This document shows positions 22,103 to 36,864 of a stretch of 64,000 nt of DNA, in pieces. The position numbers were made by a program, and so were the translations under genes. Where the stretch lies: assembly GCA_951406725.2 (NCBI GenBank), contig OX597837.1:44702001-44766000 (forward strand), written 5' to 3'. Position 1 is the stretch's first letter. Every line of letters begins with the position of its first letter. The notes beneath the pieces were generated by a model, which was not told the origin of the DNA, did no database searches, and saw nothing but the letters and a program-made list of their open reading frames with translations. The stretch comes from Octopus vulgaris (Eukaryota).

Positions 22103-22729
22103 GTGTGTGTATGTGTGTGTGTGTGTATGTGTATGTCTTTTATGTGTGTGTGTGTGTATGTGTGTGTGTGCATGTGTGTGTGTGTGTATGTGTGTGTATG
22201 TGTGTGTGTGTGTATGTGCGTGTGTGTGTGTATGTGTGTGTACGTGTGTGTGTGTGTATCTTTTATCTTTTACTTGTTTCAAATCAGTAGGCTGCGGCCA
22301 TGCTGGGGCACAACTATGAAATATTTTTAGTTGAACGAATCGACCCATGTCCTTATCTCTTTTAAAGTCTGTTACTTATTCTTTTGGTCCCTTTTGCCGA
22401 ACTGCTAAGTGATGTGACCGTAAACACACCAGCGCCGATTGTAAGACTGGGATGGTGGCCAAACACAGACACAAAATCACACACGTAAGAGTGGATTTGG
22501 TAGGCGGAAACTGTAAGAAGCAGCGTCGTGATATATATCTGAGACCCCACTTCGGTCGTGACTGACCATGGGATTGCACCTAGAAATCCCCCCTCACACA
22601 CACACACTAGGCACAAGTCCGGGCGAGGTTGTTTATGGAAGACAAGCAGTCACCCATGCATACCGGCCTCCCCTCTCCACGCCACCAGTGTTATCCAAGA
22701 GAACACACACACACACACTCGCACACACA

Positions 22730-23398
22730 TGAAGTGGTATTAAAAAGCTTCCAGACTAGTTCTGTAGGGCATCGTCAGATGGCGGCACACAGTTGCCTTC
22801 ACAGTAAGGGTTAGCAGTGATTCTCACGAGGCAGTGAGCTGAGTGACATCGCTGTGTTTATTTCACAAGCTGTGAAATTTGCATATGTTGTATTCTGCGA
22901 TTTTGTCGTGGACAGGAACACAAAGAGCCAACGTGAAATTTTGCATGAAACTTAGCAAGTCTGCTACAGTGACATTGAGCATGCTTCGGCAAGCTTACAG
23001 TGACGCGGCACTGGATCGTACGCAATGTTTCGAATGGCACGGGCGCTTCAAAAGCGGAAGAATTTTTCCTTGAAGATGATGAGCGATGTGAACGCCCTAC
23101 CTCGAGCGTCACCTCCAGAGAAAATTCATCAACTTGTGAATGAGGATAACGACATTTCTGGTGGTCTGTTGGTCTGTAGTACAGGTCCATGTAGACAATC
23201 CCAACGTCGGAATTGAACATGCGGCGTGTCTCTGCCAAGTTTGTCCCCCACCTGCTGACCACTGATCAGAAAGTACATTGCGTCGAAGTCCGTCAAGATC
23301 TCCGTTAGCGAGCTGCTGATGACCCATCCTTCATATCGAGGATCATCACCGGTGACGAGAGTTTAGTCTACGGGTACGACCCTGAGACAAAGCAACAA
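22730..23398 (+). mobile_element. Mariner transposase relic (5' half), cut off by a CR1 3' end
   Basis: QRANVKFCMKLSKSATVTLSMLRQAYSD..CFEWHGRFKSGR; LNMRRVSAKFVPHLLTTDQK..RIITGDESLVYGYDPETKQQ (WVPHEL-like and TGDE motifs); stops and frameshifts present. Confidence 0.9.
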
Positions 23399-23399
23399 C

Positions 23400-24838
23400 T
23401 TAAGAGGCTTTCATCTCCAAGATGCATCATCTAGCTGTTTGCACAAGAATCCTGTTACCCATCATGTCTAGTCAGGTGCGTTAGTCTGGCCATGTTGGGC
23501 ATCTTGAAAACATTAGGATTCCAAAGCAGTTGTTCTCTTGTGAGCTGCGCACTGTAAAAGAGCCATTCAAGTAGTGAGTTCTTGTTGAGTGAGTTGTATC
23601 CAGGTATGGGTGGCTTATCTGGGATTCCTTGAAGAAATCTGTCCAGAATCCGTTTAAAGGTGATGAGATCCTTTTCCTCTTTGATCAGTTTTGGAACAAT
23701 GTTAAACAGGGCGGCAGGGCCTGTTGAGGAAAAGAAATTACGTCGCAGTGTACCTATATGTTCTGATCACGAATTGGGCAGCGGACGTATGGCCCGTGGT
23801 CCCAACCTTGGATGACCCTTGAAACTAATGTTCAAGTCGTTTGGGCAAAGTTGGCGGTATATTCTCCACATCGTACAAATGATGTACCGCTCGCGGCGGC
23901 GCTGGAGAGAGTAGAGTTTCAAGGCTTTAAGGCGGTCGCAGTAATCGAAATCAGTCATGCCTTCAATTCGTTTAGTGAGTGCCCTCTGGGGTGATTCAAT
24001 CCTCGATATGTTTTGTATGGGGAGACCACAAGGGGAAGCAGTATTCGAGGTGTGGCGGTACAAAAGAGGAGAAAAGTGGAATCATAGCACCTTGCTCTCT
24101 GAACCGGAAGGTTCTTAAGATCCAGGAGCTCATCTTACGAGCTATATCGACCTTATTGTTGATGTGGGCATTCCAACTGAGATTGTTATCAACAATTACA
24201 TTCAAGGCTCTGATATTATTAGATGCCGTGAGCGGTTTCCCTGAAGGAAGAGATTATGGCTGTTTCTTCCAAAATGCATCAGCTCAAATTTTCCCTCGTT
24301 CAGTTGCATTTTGTTTCTGTCTGCCCATTGACCCACAGCATATAGATCAGACTGCAGTTGAGTTCGGTCTTCCTCTTCATTGAGAATTTGCTGGAGCTTA
24401 GTGTCATCAGCAAATATTTTCACTTTGCAGTGATTTACGACGCTGGAAAGGTCGTTTACGTAAATTATGAAGAGGAGGGGGCCCAAGAAGTCTCCTGAGG
24501 GACATCACTGATAACTTTTGCTGGGCTTCCATCGACCACAACTCCTTGTGTTCTATTCGCCAGGAAATACTTAATCCAGTGTAGAATTTTTCCACGGATT
24601 CCAACATTTGCTAATTTTGAGAGTAAGATATTATGGTCAATACTGTCGAACGCTTTGCTGAAGTCAAGATATATGACATCAGAGTTCGAACCTGTTCCCA
24701 AGGCTTTAAGTATATCTTCAATGTGGTGTAAGAGCTAAGAGCTGCCACAGCGAAAGCCATGCTGATTTGCATTTAGGAGTTTGTGTGTCTTCAGGAAGTC
24801 AGCTATCCTTGATCTTACCACTCTTTCAAACACTTTAA
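23400..24838 (-). mobile_element. CR1-clade LINE, 5'-truncated and degenerate (RT domain + C-terminus + 3' UTR)
   Basis: NQHGFR, DVIYLDFSKAFDSIDH, GPLLFIIYVND, KIFADDTK, YCFPLWSPH and LYSLQRRRERY in successive shifted frames. Confidence 0.92.
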
Positions 24839-24839
24839 T

Positions 24840-24937
<98 letters not shown>

Positions 24938-25951
24938 ACAACCAGCTCATTAAATTAACGTACACGTGACACAGAGTGTGACACGGCTGGCCCTTTGAAA
25001 CACAGGCACTACTCATTTTTGCCAGCTGGGTGTCCTGGAGCAGCGTAAAATAAAGTGTGCTTCTCAAAGACACGACGCGCTGCGGTGAATCGAACTCAAG
25101 CTACGTGCCTCCACATACGTGCGCACACACACACCTATATGACATTTATATATTATGTAATAAACTTATATATATATAGCACAATACATCACATAATATT
25201 TAGAAATGGATACCATATTCCACATGAAAGCATTAAAAACATGATTACGCAAGTGTTTCTGTACATGTATGCCCATATACATATATATGTGTGTATGTGT
25301 ATATATATATGGAGAGAGAGAGAGAGAGAGAGAGAAAGAGGGTGAGAGAGAGGTTCATGTATATATATATATACTTACAATCTCATATTTGTTATATAAT
25401 CACACACGTACATATGTATAACCATAGATATTTTTACATGGAAAACACACACACATATAGGTATATAAATAAATCTACACAGACACGCACAAACACACAC
25501 ACACATATATATATACAGACACACATACACATTTGCACACGCACGTACATGCACAGACACGCGCACACAGAAAACCTAATCGCTCTTTAGACTGTGAAGC
25601 CACGTAAAGATCTACTTCTAATACGTTGCTTGATCTTATCAAAGAATAGTTACGTTGTCTCCGACACATTTATTTCTATCTCTTCTTTTAGAATCGCTGT
25701 ACTCATTCCTACACATACATACATACATACATATATGTATTCATGTGTATATTTTGTAGTTTGTATCTGATTTTTTTTTTGAGTTTCTGGTAGTCTTTTT
25801 TCGTCGTCTTTTGATTTCGTCTTTTGACTATTGATCGCCATCCATTCGCAATGTGCAGCATTGTAACCGATCATTTTTCAGCCAGCCGTTGGACTAATTA
25901 ACTTATTGATGTAAGGCGAGATCAAATAAGTATAGTCGCTATAAAACTTCA

Positions 25952-26016
<65 letters not shown>

Positions 26017-26176
26017 ATGTATGTATATGTATGTATACATATCTATATATATATGTGAGTGGGTGGGTATATATATAATGTGTATGTATAGATATATAGT
26101 GATGTATGTTATGTATATGTGTATGTAAATGTATATATTTTATACACACATATATATATATGCATATGTATATATA

Positions 26177-26218
<42 letters not shown>

Positions 26219-26262
26219 TATAAATGTATATATATATATATATTTATATATACATATAAATG

Positions 26263-26301
<39 letters not shown>

Positions 26302-26486
26302 GTATATATATATATATAGGTATATATGTATATACATATAGTATGTATGTATGCATGTATACGGATCAGTGAAAGTTATGGATCAAAGGGTTGAAACAGT
26401 GGAACAGTACTTAATACAGAAAAGTAGACTGCGAGTGCGTGTACGTAAACACAAACACACAATCGCAAACATACATACAAACACTC

Positions 26487-26555
<69 letters not shown>

Positions 26556-28955
26556 CGTATACATTCGATGCTTTCTTCCAAGGAATCTAATGCTCTTAGG
26601 TTAGTTTTTCCTTGGGCTTGGCCAGATTGGAGCAATCTCAAGATTAATCAGCCGAAATTCCGAGGATGATCCGGTTCTTGACTGAGGATAGAAATCTTCC
26701 AATGACCCGTCCTAGTTTTTTTGTATCGTCTATCTGGATGTTTTGTTTTCCCTTTTGTATTACTTTATTGTCCTATTTTGTATTTTATATATATATAGCG
26801 GCGTACGTACACTTTGTTCTCATATATATATACACACATGCATATCTGTGCGTTTCTCACGCAGGTTATCGTATGCTTTATTGTTTTATAGCGCGTCGAT
26901 GACACAAGGACGAAATTCGTCCAGATTTTCCGCGATTCCACTCATCTGATGAGTTGCGTCCTTCCCATCGGATGAAACCGCAGTGCTACTTCCTTATGAC
27001 CAACTCATGGTGTTTCCTTTGCAGAGACATCGGGGTGGTTTACCAATGCCTACTACATCTATCTATAATATATGTATTTACCCAACTGTCTATTTCTCTC
27101 TCTCTCTCTTTGTACATATATATACATATATGCGTGTGTGTATATATATATATATGTGTTTGTGTATGTATGTATGTATCTACACAGTTGTTTCTCCTCC
27201 CATCTTAATTCATCTCACTCCCTCATTCTCCCACCTTTCCTCCTCATTCTATTCTTTTTTCCTTCTACTCCTCTCATCCTACTACTTCCTGTTCACACAC
27301 GAAGCTCCCGTGGTCCTTCTTTCCTTATCCCTTGCAACCAGTGTTTCTAATTTATGGGACGTAAAACCCCGCAGTCTTGCTTTTATTTATTTCCCATGAT
27401 TTTGGTTTTCATTTGAGAAGTGTTGCATGATTTAAGATCACCACTTTCTGATTCCCTGCTGCGTTTGGAGAAATTTAACCTCTAACAAATATTCCGTCCA
27501 GACTCGTAGTCAGAGTATAACTTCCTTCCGTCTTCACACCAGCGCCTAAAACCTCGGGAAAAAAATAGTTACTGAATTTTCTCTTCTGACTAAATTTATA
27601 AAATAGATTTCAGATTTTGGTACAAGGTCAGCGATTTCGGGAAGGGGCTAAGTCGATCAAATCGACCACAATACTCAGCTGGTATCAATTTTATCAATTC
27701 CGGTAGGATGAAAGACAAAGTCGACCTTGGCGGAATATAAATGCGGACGAAATGCCACTAAGCATTTTGTCCAGAGTACTAAAGCAATTTCGTGGGTGGG
27801 GGAGGACTAGTCGATTATATCGACCCCTGTGCTCAGCTGGTACTTAATTTATCGACCTCGAAAGGATGAAAGGCAAAGTCGACCTCGGCAGAATTTGAAC
27901 TCAGAACGTAGCGGCAAACGAAATACCACTAAGCACTTCGCCCGGCGTGCTAACGTTTCTACCAGCTCGCTGCCTTGTCTAAATTCATATTAGTAAAATC
28001 AGTGGAGTGGTATTTGGTGGAGAGTTGACTGTTGTTTATCGCAAGTCGAGCAGTCATTTAGTGCTCCCTTGTTGACTAAGTAGTCTTGCAGTTGATAATA
28101 TTGATAATGTTGGCTATGTTGTTGTTGATAATGTTAGTTCAGCTTATAATGCTGTTGTAACGGCGGCTAATGTTTCTGTTTTTATTGATAATTTTATTGC
28201 CATTGATGATATCAAGACAGACGGTTGCATTATCATTCTTCGAATGTGTATAATTAGCAGTCGAAACGGAACACACATAAAACGCTTCAATTGTTTTACG
28301 AACGACAAAACATCTTTATATTGAAAAAAAGCAAAGAAACATAACTATTTATTGTTCTAAAGACAAGAAAGGAAGAAAGCGAAAACCAAAAAAAAAAAAA
28401 AAAGAAAAACGAAGAAAAACGAAATAATAAGAAACAAGTCATAACAAAATATATATCTGCAACAGATAATAAAACGAAGAAATATTAAATAATGATAAGA
28501 TAAAGACAGAGCAAAAAATCTCTAATTGCAGATATAAAATAACCGAAAGAGGAAGACATAAAAAAAAGGAAAAAAAAAGATATATTATAAGAATAATTGA
28601 GATATTAGTAAGAACTGTGATCTTGAAGATATTTTTTTTAACGTGGAATGTTAATCATTTGTATTTCCCCTTGGAAAATAAAATATTGGTATGAGTATGG
28701 GTGTGAGGTCAAGGAACTCGCTTTGCAGCCACATGGTTACGGGTTCAGTTCCATTGCGCGGTAGTTTGGACAGGTGTCTTCCGTTATAGTTCCGTGGAGA
28801 GGAAATCCTTGTGAGTGAACTTTGAAGAAGGAAACTGTACGGAGGCACGTCATGTTAACGATTTAGCCACTTCACCGCCTGAATAACGTTGAAAATAGTA
28901 ACCTGTAATACATCGGGTAAAATATCCCTTAGCTGAAAGAAAAGTGCACAGAGTA

Positions 28956-29360
28956 TAGGCGTAGGAGTGGCTGTGTGGTAAGTAGCTTACTTACCAGCCA
29001 CATGGTTCCGAGTTCAGTCCCACTGCGTGGCACCTTGGGCAAGTGTCTTCTACTATAGCCTCGGGCCAACCAAAGCCCTGTGAGTGGATTTGGTAGACAG
29101 AAACTGAAAGAAGCCCATCGTATATATGTATGTATATGTGTGTATGTGTTCGTGTATCTGTATTTGTCCCCCCAACATCGCTTGACAACCGATGGTGGTG
29201 TGTTTACGTCCCCGTCCCTTAGCGGTTCGGCAAAAGGGACCGATAGAATAAGTACTAGGCTTACAAAGAATAAGTCCTGGGGTCGATTTGCTCGACTAAA
29301 GGCGGTGCTCCAGCATGGCCACAGTCAAATGACTGAAACAAGTAAAAGAGTAAAATAGTA
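28956..29360 (+). mobile_element. SINE family B, full length
   Basis: Complete head, body and tail ending in (GTAAAAGA)n. Other copies: 36610-37030(-), 53300-53670(-), 60620-61070(-), 62490-62800(-). Confidence 0.88.
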
Positions 29361-30059
29361 AAAGAGAGTCACCTACATGAATTAAACCGTGGGCTTGCTG
29401 TATACCTATTTCTTTACTACCCACAAGGGGCTAAACACAGAGGGGACAAACAAGGACAGACAAACGGATTAAGTCGATTATATCGACCCCAGTACGTAAT
29501 TGGTACTTAATTTATCGACCCGAAAGGATGAAAGGCAAAGTCGACCTCGGCGGAATTTGAACTCAGAACGTAGCGATAGACGAAATACGGCTACGCATTT
29601 CGCCCGGCGTGCTAACGTTTCTGCCAGCTCCGGACGGCAGCAATACTACTACACTAAGATCTGCTGTCTTTCGTCTTAATTAGAAGCTACATCTGTACAA
29701 ATAAGAAAACGAACACAATTTGTTTTGGGTCTTTTGACGCATTCAGAAATTTTGAAAATAAATCTATTTGAGTAGCTGTTAAAATGCAAATTAAGCTATA
29801 AATGATAACTAATTTACTTGCAAATAAATCATAGACATCACAGCTGCATTGGTGGTAACTAAAACGGAGACAAGTTTAATTTTAAAATTCCAAAGTCCAC
29901 TTTAGCCTACGATAACAAATATAAGAGGGAAAGACTTTTTCAATTTCAGCAACGTTGAGGAATTCAAAATTCTTTCTAAACAAGAGACGGATTTAATCAA
30001 TAAGTGTCATCTTGACGAGTTTCATCTCTACAAATATAACAGAATACTCTAACCGGATT

Positions 30060-30140
30060 AAATTGTCAGACGTGACGCGTCACACCACCGGAAGTTAAAT
30101 AAATGACAACTCGGACGTTGTCAACCGGAAGTCACCACCA
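30060..30140. promoter_or_regulatory. Putative promoter-like island (two ETS sites and a CRE-like palindrome)
   Basis: GTGACGCGTCAC palindrome 30072-30083; ACCGGAAGT at 30087-30095 and 30124-30132; locally CpG-rich unique sequence. Confidence 0.4.
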
Positions 30141-30721
30141 AGACGACGTACCGATGCTGCATTTCTTGAGTGGTGGGGGCTTACTATTACTGGCTGTCTT
30201 TGACTGAGGATTGCTTCCTGTTATGAAACCTTTGGTGACGAGATGCAAAGTAGGCTGAACAGATATATAATACGCAATGTGTTATGTTTTCTCTGTCTGT
30301 GAATGCTATTTTAAAAGTAGAATACACGCGAATACAACATTGTTATTATAAACATGCACGCACATACATATGTAAGCATATAAACTTGTGTGTGTATGTG
30401 GGCGTGTATATATATATATATATGTATATACATACATACATACATATTTATATGTGTGTGTGTTTGTGTGCCTTTGTGTGTGTATATATATATTTATACA
30501 TACACGTACGTACGTACATGACAGACAGACAAACAGACAGACAGACAGGCATTTAATTTATCGATCCAGAATGATGAACGGCAAAGTCGACCTCGGCGGA
30601 ATTTGAACTCAGAACGTAAAGATAAACGAAATACCGCTAAGTATTTCGCCACGGGTGCCAACGTTTCTACCAGCTCGTCTACTTGTGAATGATATTTATT
30701 ACAATATAGTGTATCATATGA

Positions 30722-30890
30722 AAATGCTTTAAGAGCCAGCCAAAGTCCATCACGAGATAGTGTGTCTAAAGCCTTTGTGAAGTCTATGAACACAGCATTC
30801 ATAGGCATGTTCTGCCCAATGCATTTCCCGGCATTTGGCGAAGGCAGATCGTGTCAACGATGCTTCTACCGCAACGGAAGCCATTCACGA
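30722..30890 (-). mobile_element. RTE reverse-transcriptase fragment
   Basis: NGFRCGRSIVDTICLRQ.. / MPMNAVFIDFTKALDTLSRDGLWLALKAF corresponds to GFRxGRSTxD..LRQ..FIDLxKAFDxVxRxxLW. Confidence 0.8.
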
Positions 30891-31565
30891 GTATGACATT
30901 CATATGCATGTATGTATGTATGTATGTATGTATGTATGTATGTATGTATGTATGTATGTATGTATGTATGTATGTCCCTTCTATTTCTTGATTATTATAA
31001 GTCTCCCACTGAGGAGGCAACAGATTTCCAACAAAGATACAAGGCTCCAACTTTGCGATGTAGTTAACACCGATAAATTCACATTTGGAACTTGAGAAAA
31101 GTCTTGTATATTTTTACTGTTCCAATCACAGATTGCACTTGTAACATACGAATTAGCCGGTTGATTTCTCTTTTTGAAAATCCCAGTTTATCCGGATTCA
31201 CCGTAATGCATTTACTATCAAAACCTAGTACTCCAATTATTAATGGTATGAATATGAATTCATAGTATGGATAAAGAAACTGGAGGTTACGTTGATATTT
31301 CTAGCAGTTGAAGATCCTAGCATGTAACCATTTGTTTTTTGCAGTAGGAACGATAATGGATTCAGTGCCAAAATAAAAAGAATTACAGAAAGACTATCTC
31401 ACAGGAATATTCCATTTGAAATGCCTATACTACCAGAAATAATTATTCTATTCCCAGTTGGAAAAGTGAGAATTGTTGTCCATGTATGTATGTATGTATG
31501 TATGTATGTATGTATGTATGTATGTATGTATGTATGTATGTGTGTGTATGTGTGTGTGTGTGTGT

Positions 31566-31635
<70 letters not shown>

Positions 31636-32248
31636 CTATGTTTGTAACTCACCACCGTTTGACGGCCTGTTTCGGTTTGATCACGTGTCCCGTTAATCTA
31701 GCCGTTCGGCAAAATAGACTGATAGAATAAATAACAAACAAATAAATTTAAAATAATAAAACAAAACAATTACACGGGGGTCGATTTGTTCGACTAAACC
31801 CCTTCAAGACGATGCCCCAGCATGGCCATAGTCCAATGACTTAAACAAGTAAAACACAGTAAACGATAATATAAAAGATACTTTCTTACTATAGATATCA
31901 GCGCTTTCCTGATCGATGCGTGACGAGGGAGATTTGGCTGCTATCTTTAACAACCGTATACGTTTCTATGTAAGAAATTATTACATAATATTTATGTATT
32001 TATTACATAAATAAATCATAAATCTGTCTTCTTGATGAGATCAATGTGAACCATCCCATGCTACCGATACTAAACTTCCTTCCAACTGGCTCAGTCGAGA
32101 TGGCCATAAACAAATGAAACTGTCTAATTAACCGTCGTTTCGTTTCATCCGAATATTTAGTGTTTAACTTTGTGAGGGAAATCAGGGCAAATTGCTATCG
32201 TCTCTTCTACTTGACGTCTTGATATAGACAATATCACAGTTCTTTTCA

Positions 32249-32254
32249 GATAGG

Positions 32255-32341
<87 letters not shown>

Positions 32342-32484
32342 TTAGATAAATAGATAGGTAGGCAGATAGATAAATAGATAGATGGTTAAATAGACAGATA
32401 GAAAGATACATAGTTAGATAGAAAGATAGATAGATAGATAGATAGATAAATAGATAGATGGCTAAATAAACAAAACAAACAAAC

Positions 32485-32532
<48 letters not shown>

Positions 32533-33460
32533 TGATTGATTGATAGATAGATAGATAGATAGATAGATATGTTTCTTTATTAGATACCGGGCTGCACATA
32601 GATAGAACAAATTACAAGGTAGAGCTTTTCTTTTGAAGGGTTAGAAAAAAAAAAAAAAAAAGGAAGGGGGAGTTTCGATCAGAAAGGGATCGTAAAAGAT
32701 GAGAAGAGGAAAAAAAGATGGTTAAAAAACAAAAAAAAAAAATTGATCAATAGGGATCGTTATCACAGAAATGTCAATATGAAGTGTAAAGGGGAGGACA
32801 GGTGAGGTTTACCCGTGGAAAGAAAAGCCTACGGAAAAGACCACGGTAACCTCGGTCAATGAAGTCACATTTTATATTTTTTTTTTTTTTTTTTTTTTTT
32901 TAGGTATATAAGCAACTCTCTGTTTTCGATTTCTGGGTTCATAGGACTATGCTCAAGGTGGCTTCGTCATTCATACGTGCCATTCTTGCTACATTCACCC
33001 ATCTTTTTTAAAACATTCGCTAGTGGAAACTTGCCTCTACTCTCACTTTCCTTTTCAAGTGGTACTTGAAGAAGTTGATGAGAGATTATAGAGAGGAAAG
33101 TGTTTGTCTCCAATCCTTTCAGACGCGTCCACCAGATACATTCTTTCGCCATAGCCACAAGGATGATGAAAATAGCTCTTCCTTCCCGTTTGAAGGAAGG
33201 AGGCGTGACAATATTGACGATAGACTCAGCTGATAAACCGACTCGTCCCACACGTGACAGCAGTTGTGAGAGATAAAAAAAAGAGAAAGAAGTAAATATG
33301 TGTGTCTATGTGTATATTTTCGTGTGTAAATATGTGAGGATGAGATATAAAAATAAAATTGAAGGAAAAAGTGAGGTAGAAAGAGTTGTCCATAGTCGTC
33401 CTGAACAGGCGGGTCAGTACTCCTCGTCGACGTCCAGGTTCGCCCCGAGCTCGTCGTCGT

Positions 33461-33554
<94 letters not shown>

Positions 33555-33681
33555 ATAGATAGGTAGGCAGATAGATAAATAGATAGATGGTTTAATAGAC
33601 AGATAGATAGATAGTTAGATAGAAAGATAGTTAGATAGATGGATAGATAAATAGATAGATGGCTAAATAAACAAAACAAAC

Positions 33682-33753
<72 letters not shown>

Positions 33754-33775
33754 GATAGATAGTTAGATAGATAGG
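32249..33775. repeat. Two related (GATA)n arrays (32249-32570, 33461-33775) sharing diagnostic variant runs
   Basis: Both contain GATAGGTAGGCAGATAGATAAATAGATAGATGG and GGCTAAATAAACAAAACAAAC. Confidence 0.85.
32571..33460 (-). mobile_element. L1/Tx1-like LINE 3' fragment inserted in a (GATA)n array
   Basis: GRVGLSAESIVNIV..IILVAMAKECIWWTR ORF2-end-like peptide, 3' UTR, then AATAAA followed directly by (ATCT)n. Confidence 0.65.
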
Positions 33776-33988
33776 AATGAGGGTAGGTGGAAAGGTTTGC
33801 ATGTAGGTATATAGACAGACCGGTAGATTGATAGGTGGTTAGATAGAATGAGCACAGGTGTGGTTTTATGTGAGGAAGTCAGAGTGTGTGTGAGAGAGAG
33901 AGAAAGAGAGAGACGCGAGATATATAGAACGAAAGTGTGATTATTTTTATAAGGAACAGAGAGAGAGAAAGGGAGGTTTATGTCATGA

Positions 33989-34023
<35 letters not shown>

Positions 34024-34157
34024 GAGAGAGAGAAAGTTGTGAGAGATAAAAAAAAGAGAAAGAAGTAAATATGTGTGTCTATGTGTATATTTTCGTGTGT
34101 AAATATGTGAGGATGAGATATAAAAATAAAATTGAAGGAAAAAGTGAGGTAGAAAGA

Positions 34158-34373
<216 letters not shown>

Positions 34374-35761
34374 GTATATATATCTGCATGAGTGAGAAAG
34401 ACAGAGTGATAGATAGATAGATTGATAAGGAGAAAAGAGGGAGAAAGAGAGAGAAAGGAGAAAGTGGGGGAGAAAGATTCCACTTCTGGGAATATTAATA
34501 CACAGAGGGGCAATTTGTAAATAGAAAGACTCGATCGATATCCAGTATCCACTCCACATCAATAGATCTGTTACGTAGCCTAGAGTCGTTAAGTAAACAC
34601 TGCTAGTATTTCTGTAAGATTATTCCCATCAAATGTTTATAGAAGTGTCATAACACAACTATTGAAATACAATATGGCGTTGGAGAGCCATTCTTGCAAT
34701 ATGTTTATCTAAGAACTAAAACTAAGACGTTCTCAGAGTTGTTGAATCGTTGCAAAATGGACAAAGTTATGGTGGTGTGGTTAAGGTTTATGGTCGTGTA
34801 ATTGTAGCAAAGACTCAAAACCGAATCGTCAGATTGCGAAGTAAACTTCACGACGTAGCATAATCTTTGTTCACGCGAGAGGCCGAGTTAAAGACCAATC
34901 AGCAGCCAGACTTATTCATGTGATAGTCCATTCTAGATTCTTCAGGAACGTCTCTGTTCAAAGGGTTATTAAAAGTACGTAATTTTTAGCGCCTATCTTC
35001 AGTGTGTGACAATCCGCAGTCCAGCTCAGTACACTTTCTAACTGCTTATAATAGTCATTTACACGACTCACACGCAACCTGAATAAAAGTATTTCAAATT
35101 CAACAGCTGTTTCTGGGGGCACAGTGGTTCAAAATAATGATTGTAGATTGATTCCATCGTCAGATGAAACGAGCCTCCGTCTTCAAGGAAGATCACTTCC
35201 TGTTTTTATGTATATGAATATAGATATACAATTGCAGCGTGGAAGGTGTTTATAAACCATTTAAGAAACACACAAAAACCGTTAGATTTAATTTGCCAAA
35301 ATGTTTTCGTCGCTTTGAGACCGCGGCCTCTTCACTGACAAAACTCCGTGCTGAACGACCTGCAAAATAATTTGCTTATAGTGATCAAACATTATCTCAC
35401 TCCCTCAATCAAATTGACGTTGCCTGAACAGGTGTACGGTGTACCACACGTGAAGTGTCGAAGTGATCGAAGTGCAACGTGAGACGATGTGTTTTGATCA
35501 AGAACACAACGGATCACTCGGTTTCACTCACTGGACTGCGGCCATGCTGGGGCGCCGTTTTTAAGATTTTTGTGTCTCTTATGTAAATTAACATAGAACA
35601 CACACATATATAATATCGCGATAGTCTATCAGCCTAGCTATCTAGTTACCCTTCAGTCTGTCTGTGAAGCTTTTTATCAGTCCCTTTTCTCTCATCCTCC
35701 TTGTCTCATTTGATATGTATATACGATGTACAACATGTATGTACAATACATATAAATATAC

Positions 35762-36130
35762 AAGGCGCGTGCTGGCAGAAACGTTAGCACTCCGGGCGAA
35801 ATGCGTAGCCGTATTTCGTCTGCCGTTACGTTCTGATTTCAAATTCCGCCAAGGTCGACTTTGCTTTTCAACCTTTCGGGATCGATTAAATAAGTACCAG
35901 TTACGCACTGGAGTCGATATAATCGACTTAATCCGTTTGTCTGTTCTTGTTTGTCCTCTCTGTGTTTAGCCCCTTGTGGGTAGTAAAGAAATTGGTATTT
36001 CGTCTGCCGTTACATTCTGAGTTCAAATTCCGCCGAGGTCGACTTCGCCTTTCATCATTTTGGGATCAATAAATTAAGTATCAGGTGAGTACTGGGATCG
36101 ATTTAATCGACAAGTACCCTCTTCAAAAAT
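35762..36130 (+). mobile_element. SINE family A, head plus 1.5 units; similar multimer at 57440-57950(+)
   Basis: GCTGGCAGAAACGTTAGCAC head, B-box, Nin-like domain, junction AAAGAAATTG|GTATTTCGTCTGCC. Confidence 0.85.
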
Positions 36131-36161
36131 TTCGGATTTTGTGTCTAGAGTAGAAAAGTAC

Positions 36162-36207
<46 letters not shown>

Positions 36208-36815
36208 GAATGAGTCTATCCAGTAATTTTGATTTGGTTTAAACCTGGTATTCATTTTATCGGGTTCTTTTGCCGAACGGCAAAAGTTATGGGAACATAA
36301 ATACACTGACATAGGTTGCCAAGAAGTGGAGGGGGGATAAAGGCGGACACAAAGACACACACATGCACACACACACGCGCACACACATGCACACACACAA
36401 AGGTACGTATACAAAACACATATATGCTACTGAATGTAACAATATAAATAAATGCTGGGCATAGAAACAGAAATATAACCGATTTGGAATCCTCTTTCTT
36501 ATTCAATGGCGGGTACGCACGTCGATGCGCGGATTAATATTGACATAAATACTTTTAATTGGGATAAGATATTCATACAAACATACATACATAGACGAAC
36601 ACATACTCTCTCTTTACTTGTTTCAGTCATTTGACTGTGGCCATGCTGGAGCACAGAATTTAGTCGAGCAAATCGACCCCAGGACTTATTCTTTGTAAGC
36701 CTAGTACTTGTTCTATTGGTCTCCTTTGCCGAACCGCTAAGTTACGGGGACATATACATACCAGCACCGGTTGTCAAACGATGTTGGGGAGACAAACACA
36801 GACACACACACACAC

Positions 36816-36864
<49 letters not shown>

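Noticed and set aside
26935-26995. CTGATGAG...GAAAC hammerhead-like motif
   Set aside because: Extra unpaired bases before stem II and no convincing stem I, stem III or NUH.
30103-30257. ORF with an in-frame TGA (possible selenoprotein or readthrough)
   Set aside because: No CxxU-like motif, no recognisable selenoprotein family and no SECIS identified.
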